Of a stretch of DNA of 64,000 nt, positions 62,658 to 64,000 are shown in pieces. A model generated the notes under the pieces. That model was not told the DNA's origin. It did not search any database and saw nothing but the letters and a program-made list of their open reading frames with translations. Each line of letters begins with the position of its first letter. Positions within the stretch are counted from its first letter, which is position 1. Origin of the DNA: an uncultured Nitrososphaerales archaeon (lineage in GTDB: Archaea; Thermoproteota; Nitrososphaeria; Nitrososphaerales; Nitrososphaeraceae); the NCBI GenBank assembly GCA_963709405.1, contig CAVPXM010000063.1, positions 96,001-160,000 of the forward strand. The letters run 5' to 3'. The position numbers and the translations under genes are program-made.

Positions 62658-64000
62658 GCGATCATAGCCAAACTATAATTACTCTAAAACATCTCCCAGA
62701 GACTCCCGGAGTATATTTAATGAAGGAAGCAGATGGAAGAGTGATTTACGTCGGAAAAGCCAAAAATCTGAAAAAACGCGTCAGTTCCTACTTTGCCGAG
62801 AAAAAGGAAATGTTTTGGAAAACATCTAGGCTAGTGTCCAGGGTGAAGGATATAGATTTTATCGTTACAGATAACGAAGTTGAAGCAATCCTTCTAGAGT
62901 CCAATCTAATTAAAAGATTTAGACCACTTTTTAATATTGAGCTCAAGGACCAACAGCGGTATGCATACCTCAAGATAACAGATGAAAAGTTTCCTCGACT
63001 GTTAGTGGCCAGGCGCAATAGAAATGGAGATTTCTATGGAACCAGATCTGAAATATATGGTCCACTGGTCCATGGTGGTTCAAAATTTCTTAGTGTAGGA
63101 TTATTAAGAAAACTATTTAAAATTAGAATTTGCAACAAGATGCCTAGACATCCATGTCTTGAGTATTTTATAAAGAATTGCGACGCCCCATGCGTAAACA
63201 ATATAAGCTCACTTAATTACGCCAAAAACGTTCAATCATTAAGGAACATCTTAAGTGGAAAAGAAGGTATCAAAGATTTTATGAATGATATGAAGTCCCA
63301 GATGAAAATTGCATCTGATCAAGAGCACTATGAGAAAGCAAGAGAAATTCGTGACATGTTACATAAATTGGAAAACCTGCAAATTGAGCAAAAGATGGAA
63401 GCAGTACAATATACGAATCGAGAGGAAGAGTATATCGGCATTAAGGAGGAATTAGAGGATGGCATAGCCCATGTCTTGATGTTCAGACGATCTCGTGGGG
63501 TCATATGCGATAAAAAATGGTTTCAGTTTGAGCTTATTGGAGATAACTCCTTGGAATCATTTCTGTTTCAATATTATTCGACAGCTAAACTAGTACCTGC
63601 GTACATATATGTAAATCAGAAAGTTGAGTCAAAATCGGTTCTAGAAACTTCCCTTAAGACGATGGCTGGGCACAAGGTAATGGTGATAAAGATCAGTTCA
63701 AAATCTAATTCCGAGAAAAAACAATTAATGGATCTAATATTGAAGAATATCGATCTTCGGATTCAGGGTAAGTTCGACCTAGGTATTTGTGAATTGAAGA
63801 CTGTATTGAATTTAGCCGATATTCCCATAATAGTCGATTGTTTTGATATATCAAACTTGGGTACGTCGTATGCAGTGGGAGCATGTACCAGAGTAGTTAA
63901 CGGAAGACCTTACAAAGCAGGATATCGCAGATTCAAGATAAAGCTAACCGGAGCTCAGAATGATGTTGCAATGATCAACGAGATAGTTACAAGGAGGTAT
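62654..64000 (+). CDS. uvrC: Excinuclease ABC subunit C, truncated by window end; start codon uncertain
   Basis: LPETPGVYLM, IYVGKAKNL..RV.SYF (GIY-YIG), DCFDISN; same frame at both ends of the segment. Confidence 0.92.
   Translation, partial: MSDHSQTIITLKHLPETPGVYLMKEADGRVIYVGKAKNLKKRVSSYFAEKKEMFWKTSRLVSRVKDIDFIVTDNEVEAILLESNLIKRFRPLFNIELKDQQRYAYLKITDEKFPRLLVARRNRNGDFYGTRSEIYGPLVHGGSKFLSVGLLRKLFKIRICNKMPRHPCLEYFIKNCDAPCVNNISSLNYAKNVQSLRNILSGKEGIKDFMNDMKSQMKIASDQEHYEKAREIRDMLHKLENLQIEQKMEAVQYTNREEEYIGIKEELEDGIAHVLMFRRSRGVICDKKWFQFELIGDNSLESFLFQYYSTAKLVPAYIYVNQKVESKSVLETSLKTMAGHKVMVIKISSKSNSEKKQLMDLILKNIDLRIQGKFDLGICELKTVLNLADIPIIVDCFDISNLGTSYAVGACTRVVNGRPYKAGYRRFKIKLTGAQNDVAMINEIVTRRY

Overview
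Core chromosomal region of an ammonia-oxidising-type archaeon, most consistent with Nitrososphaeria (Thaumarchaeota) and probably soil-lineage Nitrososphaeraceae; this is inferred from gene content and order, many TTG/GTG starts and roughly 40% GC judged by eye. In order: an 11-subunit-type complex I operon (nuoA-B-C-D-H-I-J-K-M-L, nuoL cut by the window edge), a geranylgeranyl reductase, tldD/tldE, redoxins, tRNA-Leu(GAG), the archaeal rpoN-eno-rps2-MEMO1-mvk-ipk-fni-idsA-gltX superoperon, a GATase/C39-TPR/ThiI-like block, a kinase + UbiE-like + UbiA-like + UbiC-like cluster, tRNA-Ala(GGC), a GDGT-ring-synthase-like radical SAM gene, FNR, glyS, nfo, priL/priS, a TrmB-like methyltransferase with a DUF59-PqqD fusion, mtnA, two nucleotide-sugar dehydrogenase genes (one fused to a winged-helix domain), P-II, fixA-fixB-fixCX, a RelA/SpoT-type HD hydrolase and uvrB-uvrA-uvrC. 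No IS, integrase or CRISPR array was seen. About eleven single-base frameshifts break otherwise intact genes; six are single C:G insertions in or beside GCWGC, which most likely reflects base-calling errors at a methylated motif rather than real pseudogenes. All family assignments come from motif recognition by eye, not database searches.
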